Assembly: GCA_030704615.1 (NCBI GenBank)
Contig: CM060731.1
Location: 57,040,001 to 57,104,000, forward strand
Direction of reading: 5' to 3'
DNA from: Takakia lepidozioides
Lineage: Eukaryota > Plantae > Bryophyta
Length of the DNA: 64,000 nucleotides
In this document: positions 50,061 to 63,399 of the stretch, piece after piece
How positions within the stretch are numbered: the stretch's first letter is position 1
Layout: the number at the start of each line of letters is the position of its first letter
The notes under the pieces: model-generated
Seen by the model: the letters and a program-made list of their open reading frames with translations, nothing else
What the model was told of the DNA's origin: nothing
Database searches by the model: none
Program-made: the position numbers and the translations under genes

Positions 50061-50719
50061 AATGAACAATGAAAACATATATGTCCTCTGCTAAAAACAA
50101 TTGACTCTTGAGTTCTTTGTTGCATATGGCTCCTCCTTGTTGATGAGATAGTATGTTGGTGCAAACGATTATATAATTAGGTAATTTAAAAGCGATAAAT
50201 ACAGGGTTATGGTCTATCCGTAAAGCACTGCCAAAAAAATTAGTTTGTATTTATCGTGCCATTAAAAAGCAGAATTCATCGGGGTGTACTCCACCTGGCG
50301 GAATCTACCCCATCAGCTCCCTAGAGTGCATTCCGAAATGCAGAATGCACTGGCCATTAGATTTTGACCGCCCTCGGCGTCAGGCCCTTAAATCCGGGAA
50401 TGCCCTCCACTCGGAATTACCCTATACAGAAAGCTTATGTAATACCAAATTTGCATGTTGATGAGTCCAAACATTGCATTGTGTAGTACATCCTTTGCAC
50501 CCGACATTCCAATTCGCACGAAGTCTTCCAACTTTCTTGGAGGCTTTCCTAATTTGTTGATATTGATGCATTACACGAATTCCTTTAATTGAAAAAAAAC
50601 AAATGGAATGAGTCCATAATTGAACATGTTAGACCATGCAATTGAAGTATACATGAAATTAATTGATTATTCTAATGATGATATTTGATATTTTTTATCT
50701 AAATTTATATGTGATCCAA

Positions 50720-50935
50720 ACGAGTGTTGGGCGGATATAGAGTCATCAGGATCAATAGTAGGATATCAACCCGGATATCAATGTATCCGGATCCAACAAC
50801 TATTTGATATCCGGCTATTGTTTATATCTGTGGACACATAAAACAGAGGATCCGGATAGGATCCTACCTGCCGGATCTAAAAAGGCTTAATAACCGGATT
50901 GTATCCGGAAATACCGGATCTCAACCGGATACAAG
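50720..50935. repeat. CCGGAT/ATCCGG motif cluster, probable hAT-like subterminal repeats
   Basis: About ten ccggat/atccgg motifs in 200 bp, followed by an AT-rich tract. Confidence 0.55.
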
Positions 50936-52407
50936 AAAATAAAATATTAATATTAATATTTTATGAGAATTTTAATCATTTAAGTTTATTAATTAAAAAA
51001 ATGCGATTAAATCTCAATAAAGTTAAATCAGGGATACAATCCCCCTGTTTTAAGAAAAACTTATTTCATGATTATTTATATGGTCATCGCAAAATGGCCA
51101 ATGTGTTGTTAGGGTTTATTCCAATGGGCCGACCGATTACAAGCCTGCCTAAAGACGAACTTAGTTTACATTTGGGATATGGTGTCGTTCAATTTTATAA
51201 TTATTCGTGTTGAGGTAGCCGCATCCGTCCGTTAGATCACCTCCTCAGTCTGAAACGGTGACCATGGGCAAGATGATAGCGAAAATCGCCGAAGCATATG
51301 CACATGAGGACGTGTAAAAACATTGCAGATTCCATATGCAGCCATGAACTGTTATGTGCGTCGTGGGCAGAGTTATCGTCAGTCTGTCAATTGTGTCTGC
51401 TGGGCTGTGTGAGCCTGAGACTCGTGAACTATCTCACATCTGCAGTATGGGTCTCCCTGTAAAAAAGTCGGGTTCGACAGCCAATACTTGTCGGCCTGGA
51501 TACCCATATGTCTGTTGCTTCGTTAGTCTTGCCTCGTTGGTGTGGTAATCGGAGCCTCTTCGGGAGGCTGTGTCTTCACATCGGTCTGGAATATGTTCGC
51601 GAGTCTGTTGCGATGTTAGTCTATCCTGACAACGGTCTTGCGGTCTGTGTACGGTGGTCTGTTGTGAGAAACTGTGAAACCATGGTGCCGCGTCGAAAAT
51701 TTGGCGTTACACCCTTCCGTCTGTCAGTCTGTTGTCCTGCCAGTCTTTTCAGCTAGTTTATTGTCTCTGTCGCACCGTCAGTCTAGTCTGCTTGCAGCTT
51801 GTTACAGAGGGCGACGGAACAATGACCATGTTGACCTATCAGTCTGTCAACCTGCCAGTTTGTCTGTTTTGTATAGTCTGTTTCGTTGTCAGCCTGTTGC
51901 AATCGAGTAGACCTGCTTAGTGGATTACGTGTTGGTCTGCTCAAATAGGTCTGCTGATTCTAGTCTGCTTGACTTTGTCTACTATTCACTCGGTCTGATG
52001 TGCACTGGGTAGACCTAGTAAATGCAACGGCGGCGGTGGCGGCGTCAATCATGGTGCGCCACGTCGTGCCGTGGGTGTACTGTATTTCCGCTCCCGGGTC
52101 AGCTTGAACTTCAACTTCGCCTTCTCGCCGGTGCTGTGGTCTGCTTTTATGTCAACGTATGTCTTCCTTGCACAGACTTCTTTCCGCGCGCAGATTTGGA
52201 GAGTCATCTTAGACCCCAACAGTCACCAAGACTATTGCTCTCGTAGGCCGTTGCGTTCCTCGTAGTTTTGGTTCTCGCTTCTCTGTCTGTCCTCGTATGT
52301 AGTGCTCGTTCTCGCCGGTTCTCGCACTTTTCTGGACTCCTCCATTCTTTGCACTTCTCCCTTTTTGTTGGGCCCTCTGCCTTTCTCTGTTGTGTTGTGT
52401 TGTATAG

Positions 52408-53118
52408 GCGATGGAGGAAGCCTGCTCGAAGGGCAGACCCAACTGGATCGACTTTGTGCACGTCACGCGTTTGAAGAAGCTGCGAAGACATTGGTACTCC
52501 CCACAGGAGTACGATCGCAAAATAGTGGAACCATGTATTGATCTCCATGTAGCCAAGGAGGAGAACCCAGAATGAAAGAAGGATAGGCTCAGGTGTCCTT
52601 TCTGTGAGGAAGCCATAAAGGACAAAATCCAGTTGAACCGCCATTGTGTGGACATAGGTTGCAAGGGCACCATTCCACCGAATTTCAAGCCGTGACCCAT
52701 ACCGGTATCGCAGAAAACTAAAGATGAGGTTGTTTTCAATAGCCGCGGCGTAAACCCAATTCCGCAAAGTACAGAGGAATTGCGCCAACGGTACTGGCGG
52801 GCTGCTGGAAGGATGCAACTAGGCAATCTGGAAGAAGTGCATGTGCCTCCCCGCAAGCGAAAACTCAGTGATGGGGCAACAAAAAGAACGGGAGCGAAAG
52901 CGGCAAGGTCTGCTCGCGATGCAAACTTGTCAGTCCTGCAGGGGGGTCCGTCCGAAGCGCGTCAGGCAGACTCTGCTTGGGATGCAAGCATTGTGGGCCT
53001 ACATGGGAGTCCGCCCGATGCGTGCCAGACCAGAAGGTCCCGGCAGACTATACCCATCAGTTCCTCCAGTGAGTCTGAGTCTGCCGATGTTCAGCCCCGC
53101 CGGTCTACCGAAATGTAG
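52408..53118 (+). pseudogene. Decayed accessory gene with a Cys/His zinc-finger-like motif, convergent with the Mutator-like transposase
   Basis: After the acceptor tgtatag (52407) one frame reads AMEEACSKGRPNWIDF...PE*KKDRLRCPFCEEAIKDKIQLNRHCVDIGC..KP*... and continues into ORF 52780-53118 (PPRKRK, NLS-like). Two TGA stops. Confidence 0.5.
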
Positions 53119-55535
53119 GTTGTGTCTGGGTGATTGCTGCTTAGCACATACGCTGGTTGTCCTTCCACCAAGGGTAGAGTCACATTGCTCGCTAGAATGT
53201 CCCTGGCCACTAGCACAGAGCTAGATATGTACTTTTCATGTTTGTCATTGCGTATGAATCCATGCGTCTTCAAATGAATTGCGTACCAGTAGTGTGTGAG
53301 CACACGGCCTGTGAGTTCCCATATTAGCCAATCAACTCTTCGACCAGTCATTTTGCCTTTCCCCATCCTCAGTCTAGCCTTCAAGTTTCCATGGTATGCC
53401 TCAATGCTAGCATTTGTGTCTTGACTGGCATGTGGAACATGACGAGCAGCAGTACACCACATTGCTATTTTAGGAGACCATTCCTTGTCGATGTACTTTA
53501 AAAATTCCAGGGCATTCCGATATTTCTTTCTCATGTCCCTCATTATTTTGGCAACCCATAGAAGCGCTTTTTTGGGATCGCTTGGTCCACCTCTATAGTA
53601 CATGAGGTCTCCCATATCCTTCAACACGTTTGCTGCTGTGACGGGATCTTTGGACTTCTGGCATGATTTGCTTTACCCATACCTTGCGGACATGCCAAAG
53701 GCACAGGAAAATGAGGACTCCTTTGAAAGCAACCCTGCACATAACACATCCACATGAGGCACTTCAGAGGGAACTCCTGTTGGTGGACACCATCCGAGTG
53801 CTGGAGACCTCCAACAGACTTCACACCAACCCCTAAACGGACTTGGTGGTAAGACACTGCCTGCAGTGTGGCGGGCCGACTTCCCCTCCCAAGTCTGCTA
53901 GCAGACCCATGAAGCATGGCAGCGGACTCGGCCCTGCGAGTCTTGTGCCGGACGCCGCCTGGCGAGTCTGCCAGTGGACTCGGCCCGTTCAATGTACCAG
54001 CGGACTCGCCCACGCAAGTCTGCCAGCAGAGTTGGTCCGTTAACTACAAGCGGACTCGCCCACACGAGTGTGCAGCGGAGTCTCCGAGTCGAGTCTGTCA
54101 GCGGAATCGCGCATGCGAGTCTGCCAGGGTACTGGCGCAGGCGTGTCTGCCAGCCGAGTAGCCCAAAACAAACTCCACACCAACCCCTACACGAACTTGG
54201 TCGCAAGACACTGCCTACGGGTCTGGCGGGCCGACTTCCCCTCCCAAGTCTACCAGCAGATCCATGAAGGGTGCCAGTAGACTCCTGCAAGTCTTCTGGC
54301 AAGTCTGCCAGCGACTTGGTCGGGCGAGTCGGGCTTGCCCACGCGACTTGGTCCGAGTCCAGTCTGCCAGCAGACTCGCGCATGCGAGTCTCTCAAGGAA
54401 CTGTCGCACGTAACTCTGCCACAGACTCTGCCAAAGCACACTATGACAACAGTTGCATGCCAGAGGACTTCGACAGTGGGTGTCTGTTGAGGTATGGAAG
54501 ACTCACCTTATAGCGTTGATTTCAGCGTCCGCATCATCGACAATGAAGGTATTGGGTCGCCAGGTTGGCATATCTGCGTGGAGTCGGTCACGCAAGGCTG
54601 TCATCCACGGCACCAGGTCTGTTGTCCTATTCCTGGCGGATATGATGTACGTAACTGGTATACCGTTCAGCCACTCGTCGAAAACCATCAACGTGTACAA
54701 TGGGAACTGTTCAGATGCACTATGTCACTATGTCAGTTGGTTCCAATATGCATCATCCTACGAACAATTGATTTGCAGAAATGGTAAGAGGGATGAATCG
54801 TACCTTGTGGTGATTTGTCCCGAAGGTTGCATCGCATGCAACGATACGCGCATGTCCCAATTGAAGCATTCTCTGCTTCTGCCACTCAGTTTGAATGCCA
54901 ATAGTGAATGTCAAATCTCCATCGTAATGCTTGAAGGTTGGCGCCAATGTTTCTTCTCGATAGAAGAAGACTGATGCGGGGTTCAGGTCATGCGGACACT
55001 GTTGGCATCGTTGGCATGCTTTTTGAACGTCTGTCACGCCCGCTTCTCAGCCAGGTTGCGGACATCTTGCTCGAGGAGGAAATCATCACGTGTCCATGCA
55101 TCTCCCAAACCTGTGTTGTTCATGACATGCTCCTTGTGTTCCATCATGATTTGTGCGACCGTGAGGCCTCGGCACAAACACTCAACGACCCAGGTTTTCA
55201 ATTCCTCGCTAATGCGGGGTGCGTAGGCTGCCCGTGTGTTTCTGAACTCTGCGGTCTTGCCATGGGAGGGTTTCCCTAGGGCATCCACATGCTCCATGTT
55301 GTTGTAGTATATGAGGACACAAATGTCCGGGGCAAGATAAGATTGCTGCACTTTGAAACAACAAAGGCACCCGCGCTTGTACGACTCTCCGTAGTCCGAC
55401 TTCTTCCTTCTTGGGCCTTTATGCGGGTGTTTAGTGCCAGTACCCACATCCGGACCTCCACGCTTTTGTTTTGGATCCTCGACAGTTGCATTGACCGTGC
55501 ACTTGTCGTCGGGTCTATAGCAGCATTGATACCTA
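53114..55535 (-). pseudogene. Mutator-like (MULE/SWIM-family) DDE transposase, spliced, disrupted and 3'-truncated
   Basis: KRGCLCCF...EH (WRKY/GCM-like zinc finger), TRDDFL, IGIQTEWQ, ACDATFGTN, YTLMVFD...GIPV, FIVDD..AEI, LCLWHVRK, TNASIEAYH, RRVDWLI. Stop at 55034 plus frameshifts. It ends before the SWIM finger expected in this family. Confidence 0.85.
53790..54440. repeat. Repeat-filled transposase intron (GCAGACTCG/CGAGTCTGC motifs; ~355-bp-offset duplication)
   Basis: Dozens of gactcg/agtctgcc motifs in both orientations. 53821-53915 is duplicated at 54176-54270. Confidence 0.85.
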
Positions 55536-57964
55536 TCAAATGGAATTCAAAAGCCAAAATATCAACTTATGGACTTATGGAAGCCACAGTCGGAGACAAA
55601 TACAAATCACAACAACAATGCAGTGACATCCCTAAATGAGGATGGTGCACACATGATACTGCTCAAGAAGGTGTTCCCTCTGGGAGCTTTCTGCACTCCG
55701 GCGTCCACTTTACTGTGCACATGTACCCAATATTGAGTGGGGCGGTCCTCCACACTCTCCTAGTGTAGATTCTTTTAGTAGAAAAAAACCAGCCGTAGTG
55801 ATAAAATTAGATTAAATGTCGTGGGCTGATAATCTCTTGAATGTATACACACAACATTCTAGCATCATAATCAGTCACAAGCATCTGAAATAAATTTGAG
55901 TTATGAGGAGAGCAGATACATAGAAGAATGAGCTGCTGAAGATGTTTGACATAATTGCACAAGTGGGCAGAGTTTCTGTGACTGTTCTTAACTACAAAGA
56001 GACGAATTAGCTATAATCTATCAAACAACTAGAAAACAAGCTGTTAAGACACACTGTTGAAGGTGTTACCAAACTACATATACTAAGCTAACATAATGGT
56101 GACCAAGTTTAGTTGTCTAAGTGTCGAGGGAAGTGGAGTCATGCCAAGAAAATGTCACGTGTTGGCTGAGCAATCCAAGAAGAACTTGTAACCCTAAGTA
56201 GTTATTTCTATTGTGAGATGAATCATGAATTACAATAGATTCCTTACCAGATATGGTTTACTTAATAGGTCCTCCGCAAATCATAATTGGAAGGAAAGTG
56301 GACTCTTGCCGAAACAAGCTTGACTTATAGTATCAATTGACCCAAAGACTACTGCATTTTAGCACATCCAGTAGACTAATGTGGTTTTAAACCCATAACC
56401 ACTATTCAAGTGGCGGTGTGCCCTAACCACTGGGCTATCTATTGGAAGTCCTAGATCCCAGTACTTGCAGAAAGAGTCACACTATCAAAGATTGAAAACG
56501 AAAGCAATTTGGTCGGACATCTCTTGGTGTCGTGCTCATGAAGCCTAAAATTCAACAGCCAAGGCAAAAAACTAATATCTAGCACCAGGAGAGCCCGGGG
56601 GCAACAGCCACAAGATAAAGAGACTCTTATTCACGCTAACTACAACTGGTGTCTTCTCCTTGAGTCTTTGTACCATAGATAGACTACTCGTCCACATGAT
56701 AAACATACTATCCCTCCTAATAGAATAGATTCAAACCCTTTCTGCTGCCTACCCCGGCCCTTCGAGACATATGCATTGTTCACCATTGTTTTTGCATAAC
56801 TGTGTCCTAGAGTCAGTTGTCACTCTCCAAGTGTTCTCACTTTGGGATTATGTTCCTACGATATTGCTCCTTGGGTTCTCCAACACGGTCTTCCGTGTGT
56901 CTAGGCCTCATGTTGTAAGGGTTTTAATTTTCCTTCAATAATATTCAACAAACATGTAATTAATGCAAGCCCTGCCATATAGGTTGTGACTGTGACGCAA
57001 GGCTTGATGGTTGAGTTGAGGTTATGGAGCTTTCATGTCCTTTCCAATCATTTAATGAGAGATTGCCCCCAAAAACAATACCTTTGGTCTCTCTTTCTTT
57101 GTTCTTTTCAGTTCTTCTTTTCTTGGCCTCTTTACTTTGAGATCCGTTGGAGACTCAATTGTCCTCACGAGAAGTCTTTCCTTATGAGGATCAGAAATTT
57201 CAATGAGCGCAAATAGGATAGGAGGAAATACAAGTCATTTTCTTCCTTGGGGAGAGAATATCGGCCTGCGAGCTGGTAGACGTACTCACGCATGCATAAA
57301 ACTATTCATCCAGGAATCTCATCCATTTATAGATATGGATGAAATGTTCCCACTACACTTGCCTAGATCTAACTCGAAACTTAATCGCAAGTATTGGTGC
57401 TAAGCATCAAAACCCTTTGCGTAGTCCTGCCTTTGCAACAAAGCTCTCAAGGGCTTCCGACCCCTTTACTCCAAAAAGGAAAGAAAGATAAAATAAGTAT
57501 TGGTGGATATCCTTATACCATCACAATCCCCAGTTGGAAAATCAATATATGATTCCCCAAAATAATCTTAATAAAGTTCTGCCAGGGCCTTTGCCCTTGT
57601 TCTCAAAAAATAATTAATTAATTAAAAAAAATGAAGCGAGACGTTTGTTTTGTTTTGTTCACGTTGAGATGTCCTAAACCGCAAGGCCCCATCGCTGGTG
57701 CTTGGTCCCGTTGGAAAGCCCTCGACGAGGAGGGGTGCACGGGCTTGGTCTCACGATTTTTGGACCTGCGCTGTGGGAGATGTGGAATTCCAAGTACTTT
57801 TGGTCGCTATAAATTCATAAAAAATAGCAAAAATGGCAAAGTGGGCATTCCTGGGACAATAGTTGGAGCCTCGAGGGGAGAGATATCAAGGGAAAGGTCT
57901 TGGGTTCAAGTCTGGTTGAAGGCTCTCCGGAAAAATAAAATAAAATAAAAAAATAATGATTAGA

Positions 57965-58335
57965 TATGGGATTGCACTTGGACTTAGATGACAGTGGATA
58001 CTTGGGCCTCTACATGGGAGATGCACTTGGATACATGAATAGAAGATTGCACTAGGGCTTACATAGGCCTCGACATTGGAGACGCACTTGGATACATAGG
58101 AAATTGCACTTGGTCTTAGATTTCAATTCTTCACACATGGGCCTCGACATAGGAGACGCACTTGGATACATAGGGGATTGCATTTGGACTTAGATGACAC
58201 TAGACACTTGGGCCAACGGCAGAGGTTACCTTAGAGGTCGCACTTGGGCCTCGACATAGGAGACGCACTAGGATACATAGGAGATCTTGCACTTGGACTT
58301 AGATGACATTGAATACTTGGGCCAACGGCACAGGC
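57965..58335. repeat. Degenerate tandem array (gcacttggacttagatgaca / gggcctcgacataggagacgcacttggatacat)
   Basis: 4-5 shuffled copies of two related subunits. Confidence 0.85.
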
Positions 58336-59109
58336 TACCCTAGTTATGTGTAACTCCATAAATGGTCAATGGCTGGCATACTGGAGTGAATACCTTTTTT
58401 CTTTGACATTTATTTCACAAGACTTGAAATATCACCTCCAGAACATTGTCCCACGGTAACAAAACAGACACAACATGTTGATAACTCAAGGCATGAAATA
58501 TTCATCCAATTGACACTCTCTATTACTCCATTACAAATAACTGTCTTTGCCAGTGATCTGATCATACATATGCTCTCCTCCACTCAATGGTTCAACACAC
58601 CGAACCATAACTTTCAAGCGACTATTGTCTCCATATTTGGGTGTACCCCTCCATAGCCTTTCATTCTCTTAGCATCCGTTATTACAGTAGACTTCTCAAA
58701 ATCACCTCAGTACATTTCCAGTAACAGGTGGTATGCAATATCTACTTTGTAACCGATTGGTTGGCCCTCCAAAACATCTTTGAGAGCTCTTCTTTATGTG
58801 AGATTGCGGAGTCACTTGCCCCTAAAACAGGTTTTCGAGTATTTTTTTCTTTAAGGAGCATAGGACTCAGAAGAGGTGAGCTGCATATCGGCACCTGTGA
58901 CCCATCCTGACAGCTGTGCCTTTCTGTCTGACTCCATGAATTCAACAACATTCTGTCTCTAAGCTTTGAGTGGCCATGTCAAGATGAGCAGATAATAATA
59001 TGCTGCTCATTTCTTGCAAGCTCAATTCGGTAAAGACTTTCCCTTCCGGTAGCAAACTAGGTAAATTGGCTACGGCGTAGCTGGCGATTCGAGGGTCAGT
59101 TCTAGTTTA

Positions 59110-62100
59110 GTTACTGTGATATGAATTGGGCTAAGAGTCATGTAAAAGTTTTAGGATTTTCAATATGTGGAAGGTGACCACACCCCTGTATGATCTCCAG
59201 TCTTGCCTTCGGCAGATCAGTCATAAATCTCAGGACAGGAGTAAAAAGAAAAATTAGCCTTGAACGACATTGACTAGTTGATATTGTATCTTCTGGTGTG
59301 CAGGCTCATCCACATGCAAAAGCTTGACATGGAAGCATGCAGGACTAGCATCTCACACTTCAGTAGTTTTTGGCTCACCTCAGCAAACATCTTGGGTAAA
59401 ATCTGGTCTTGTTCTCCCCATATTACAAGTACTTCCTGCTGCACCTGCATAGATATTTCCAGAAAACCAATGTCTTCACAGATTCGCATTTAAGGTTTTT
59501 TCTCTGATAATCTCTTCAAATCCATCCAGTCATCATCCACACTGAAGATATAGCAGCTCTCATTAGAGGAGAGGAGGAAGACTTCTCCCGAAGCCAGCGT
59601 AAATTATGGTGTCTCCGAAGGGCTACCGCCTTCTGTTGCATCAAACAGTGCAAACGTCCCACCTGTCAAATCAACCCCCATTCATGACTGCAACAACCAT
59701 CTCTCTCTCGCTCTCTGCCAACTGGGCTGTTGAGTTTGCATGCGGACAAGTGCCTCTGTGATTGCCTTAATGGCAGAGTACAATCTCTCTCTCTCACAGG
59801 GTGGGGAGTCTACCTTGAACAATAAACAGATGCAGAGAGGAACGATTGCCAATGCCCAATGTGAGGGTGGCATGTAGACAATATCTATTTCTGATACAAT
59901 GTCCTGGGTATTCTCATCAGAGAGGGACCCTCTTCAGGGCCTTCTGTTCACCAACTTTCAGAATCTCGGGGCTGCCTAAATCGTTGGCCCTGCTGGGGTC
60001 TAATTGCTGGGCAGCTCACACAAAGCAGATTGATGCTTGTGTGAAGGGCTTTCTGGAGGAAATCTGGAAGGCCCCAACCAATTGTTTATACGATGGCAAG
60101 TCCCACTACTGGAGTGAGCCCCTCACAAAGGTAGTGACTGTTCCCTCTTGTTCCACCCAAACTGTGCACAGGGTCTATGGCCACAAGGGTATGGCAAACA
60201 ACGTCTCATTTGCCCTTTTGTTCTGCCCAAACTGGGCATGGGGCCTATGGCCACAAGGCTACAACAATGTCTTAGGAGTACGTTCCCTCTATCTCTCTCT
60301 CTGAGCAAAATAAGGTAGAAAACACAGAGACTGGAATCTATTAACTTTGAAAAACATGGGAGGGCCTTTTCCAGCATCGAAGCAAAAGCCTCCACCTTGT
60401 CACAGTTCCTGAGGAGCAGGTCTGGCAATATTGTTCCAGCCAACTTTTTAGAGCAAAAATTGATAATAAAGCCAGGGCAGTAAGGAATGTATGTGTCAGA
60501 GGAAGAGAAGTGCAAGTAGCACCACAAATGCATAGTCTGGCTGTAGACTTCGAACCCAGGGACAGAGCCAACAGAAAGAACGGTAGAAAGATACGACTTG
60601 CCCGCATAGCATCAAGCAGAGAAGAAAAGGTGCCTCTGGGGAAGATCAAGGTATTGGCATATAATCGCACTGGCACGCTCTTTAGGACTGCCACCTGTGC
60701 CACCCAGTTCCTCACTTCTCAACAGTACGAAGTAACCTTGTGGGTCAGCACCAGAAAATCCATTTCTGGCCAAAGCTCTTGATATTTGCCAGAAAGTTAG
60801 ATACTTGAGTAATCAAACCCCATACAAGGTTGTGTTTTACAGGTCCATATCAACTCACAGTGGCTATTTATGGCCCCACCTCTAGGCCCAAAAAAGAGGA
60901 TCAAACCCCATCAGATCACCCACCGCTGAGAGTTAGGAGTTTTGAAACATAGCACAAAGTTACAGAATAAATGCAAAAAAGTATCACTACCCACTTAAAT
61001 CAAACCAATAAGTCTATCTCCTCACGCTGGTTCAACATTCCACTGCTGAGATTTAGATAGCTCATTTTGCTGCGTTTTTTGTGCCATACTGTGATGTTCT
61101 AAATTTTCCATGAGGTCCATCCTAGGATATACGTTATCAATACTAAATCCCTTTTGTAATCAGATTGTCGTCCACTGTACGTGAGAGTGTTGACACTTAC
61201 ATAGCCTGCTGGGCTAAATCCAGAACCTCCTCTGGGAGGGTTGATTTCCAGCTGATACTGTGCCATCCAGGGTACGTCATGGCCAATGGAAATGATCAGC
61301 AATAGATAATCTCCCTTATCCTGCTGTCTCCAGAACATCGACACGGTATGTGGACAGAAGGCTTAGATTCTTACATCTGTCTCTTTCACTCGTTCCCACT
61401 GAATAAATAATTTCCCTCTTAAAGCGATAATCTCCAACTTAAACACCTACACTCCCTGGTTGAGCTGTGGACTGATCTGGCGTCAGGGCAGAAAACCTCT
61501 AGATTCACCACATATACACAGAACATTTGACACTTCAGGAGAGGTAACCAACAGGAATTCTAGACCGTGGAGAAATAGAAACCATACCCCTATATAGGCC
61601 AACAGCCTTGGCAGGGTTGCCATTTCCGCACTCCCTCTGCATACCCCTGTGCATCAACAAGAACCAATTTTGCCACCTGCAGTCCGAGTGCGAACCAGAC
61701 AGTTCAAAGTGCTTGCACGCATTAATAGTAACAAATTCTCCAAGACTGGAGAACAAGGCATAACGGTAGAGTGAAGAAAGGCAGAGAAATAACTTACAGA
61801 TGTGCAAGTGCAAAATCAATGGCAGTTGCACCCCCTGGGCTTGACCCCACCAGTACCATAGGCCGCTTCACATATGCTTTCCAAAACTACACACAAGGGA
61901 AAGATCCATGCCACACAGCATTTTTACAAACAAGATATATGGATCAAATTTACTTTGATTTGCTTCAGAGGACTTTGTAAAAGGTAGACTTTACTATTCG
62001 TTCGCAGACTTTTCTTCTCCTCTCGCTATATGTCTTAGGTTGACCAGGCAGGCAGCATTTCATCAAGTCTACTTGCAATAAGTGAATATGCCAAAGGGTA

Positions 62101-62750
62101 GTTACCTCATATAGATGCTCTCGCTTTGCAGTCACCCCATATGATGTCAACCCTACTGCCAGCATGCACCACCGCAAGCCATCTCATCAGAGTGCCCCAT
62201 GCAGACATAGTTTTCTACTTTCCACCAATGCACACACGAGTTAGCATCAAATTTGAATATGGTGACACTTGATCATACGAGACCTCAATGGTTGGCAAAG
62301 AGGAGAAAATGAATCTAGTAATCTAGTTACCAGAAAGTAAAGAGAACTTGCCAGCATCAGAAAAGCCCCAGCCAAGAATATCAACCACCCAACTCTCCAC
62401 CCCAGCCTCCTCTAGTAGTGGATAAGTGCACCGCCATTCCAGCAATGAACTGACAATACCCATCATTCTATAAAGTTGACTGAAACTGGCTGAAGTCCAA
62501 CTGTAACACTAGGAATATGATTCCTCAAAAGGAGGGCATTCCACAATGTTCCACTCCAACCAGAAAGAAACCTGATTATATTCTCAAAAGTCAATAGAGA
62601 TGAAATTTAGAAAGGTGAGAATCCCATTGCGACAAGGTTCTAACCTGTCGAAACCATGGAGAACTGTTGGTAATGAACCTGTATGTATTACCTTGGGCAC
62701 CACACAGCTGGGCATAATTGGCCGTGGAGAAAGACTCGTCTGTGAGACCC
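59110..62750 (-). pseudogene. Alpha/beta-hydrolase gene, spliced, probably pseudogenised
   Basis: Exons read VLHGFD|SSLLEWR.TYPLLEEAG..WVVDILGWGFSD, KREHLYE, FWKAYVKRPMVLVGSSPGG, VAKLVLVDA, LKSVPVRLYAN, VGRLHCL, LVIWGEQDQIL and CGHLPHIENP. Lesions: frameshift near 61628, a splice-phase mismatch, a lost acceptor near 59232 and an early TGA near 59139. The 5' exon was not located. Confidence 0.8.
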
Positions 62751-63023
62751 AATGGAACACCAGCAATACAATGTCCTTTATCTCAGTTCAGAAGTAGCTG
62801 TATGCCAAAAGAGCACTTGCTGTCCAGGGAGAGCACTTGCTGTCCAGGGCGAGCACAGGAAACCCATGAAGCTTTCACATTGGGGGAGTTTGCAGTAGAT
62901 GACAGTAGCTCGTAAATTACTGACAAAACCAAACGTCAATGATGTCACCGTATTCAGAATGTAAGATGCTAATGGCTCCACATCCATGCTGCTACGGCAG
63001 TATGAACAATATAAGTTATGCAA

Positions 63024-63399
63024 TAGAGTTATCCGTAAAGTGAGCCTGAATTTGGTACCCTGTTTGGACCCGAGTTACGGGTTTTATCCTGAGTTTGAGT
63101 TAATCCGTAAAGTGCAGAAAACTGGGCATGAAGTCAGAAAAGAGGGCACCAAATCATAAACTGGGGATGAGGGCAATCGCTGCTATGGAGCGAGCTCGTG
63201 GGCTCTGACCGCCTCCGCCTCGACGACTAACCAAACTCGGCACCAGACTCCTCTCACCCCCATTTTTCCTAGTCCTGGCAGTTTGGTCCCGTGTTTTTTT
63301 TAGTCGTACCGCTTGATCCTGAGTTTCGAGTTTCATACCGAGTTCTGGCCAAACTCAGGGTTCTCATGCCGAGTTTGGGACCCTTTACGGATAACTCTA
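63024..63399. mobile_element. MITE (376 bp) with 17-bp perfect TIRs, hAT-like end
   Basis: TAGAGTTATCCGTAAAG ... CTTTACGGATAACTCTA, with internal gagttt/aaactc repeats. Flanks atgcaa/atgtaa are only a near-duplication. Confidence 0.82.
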
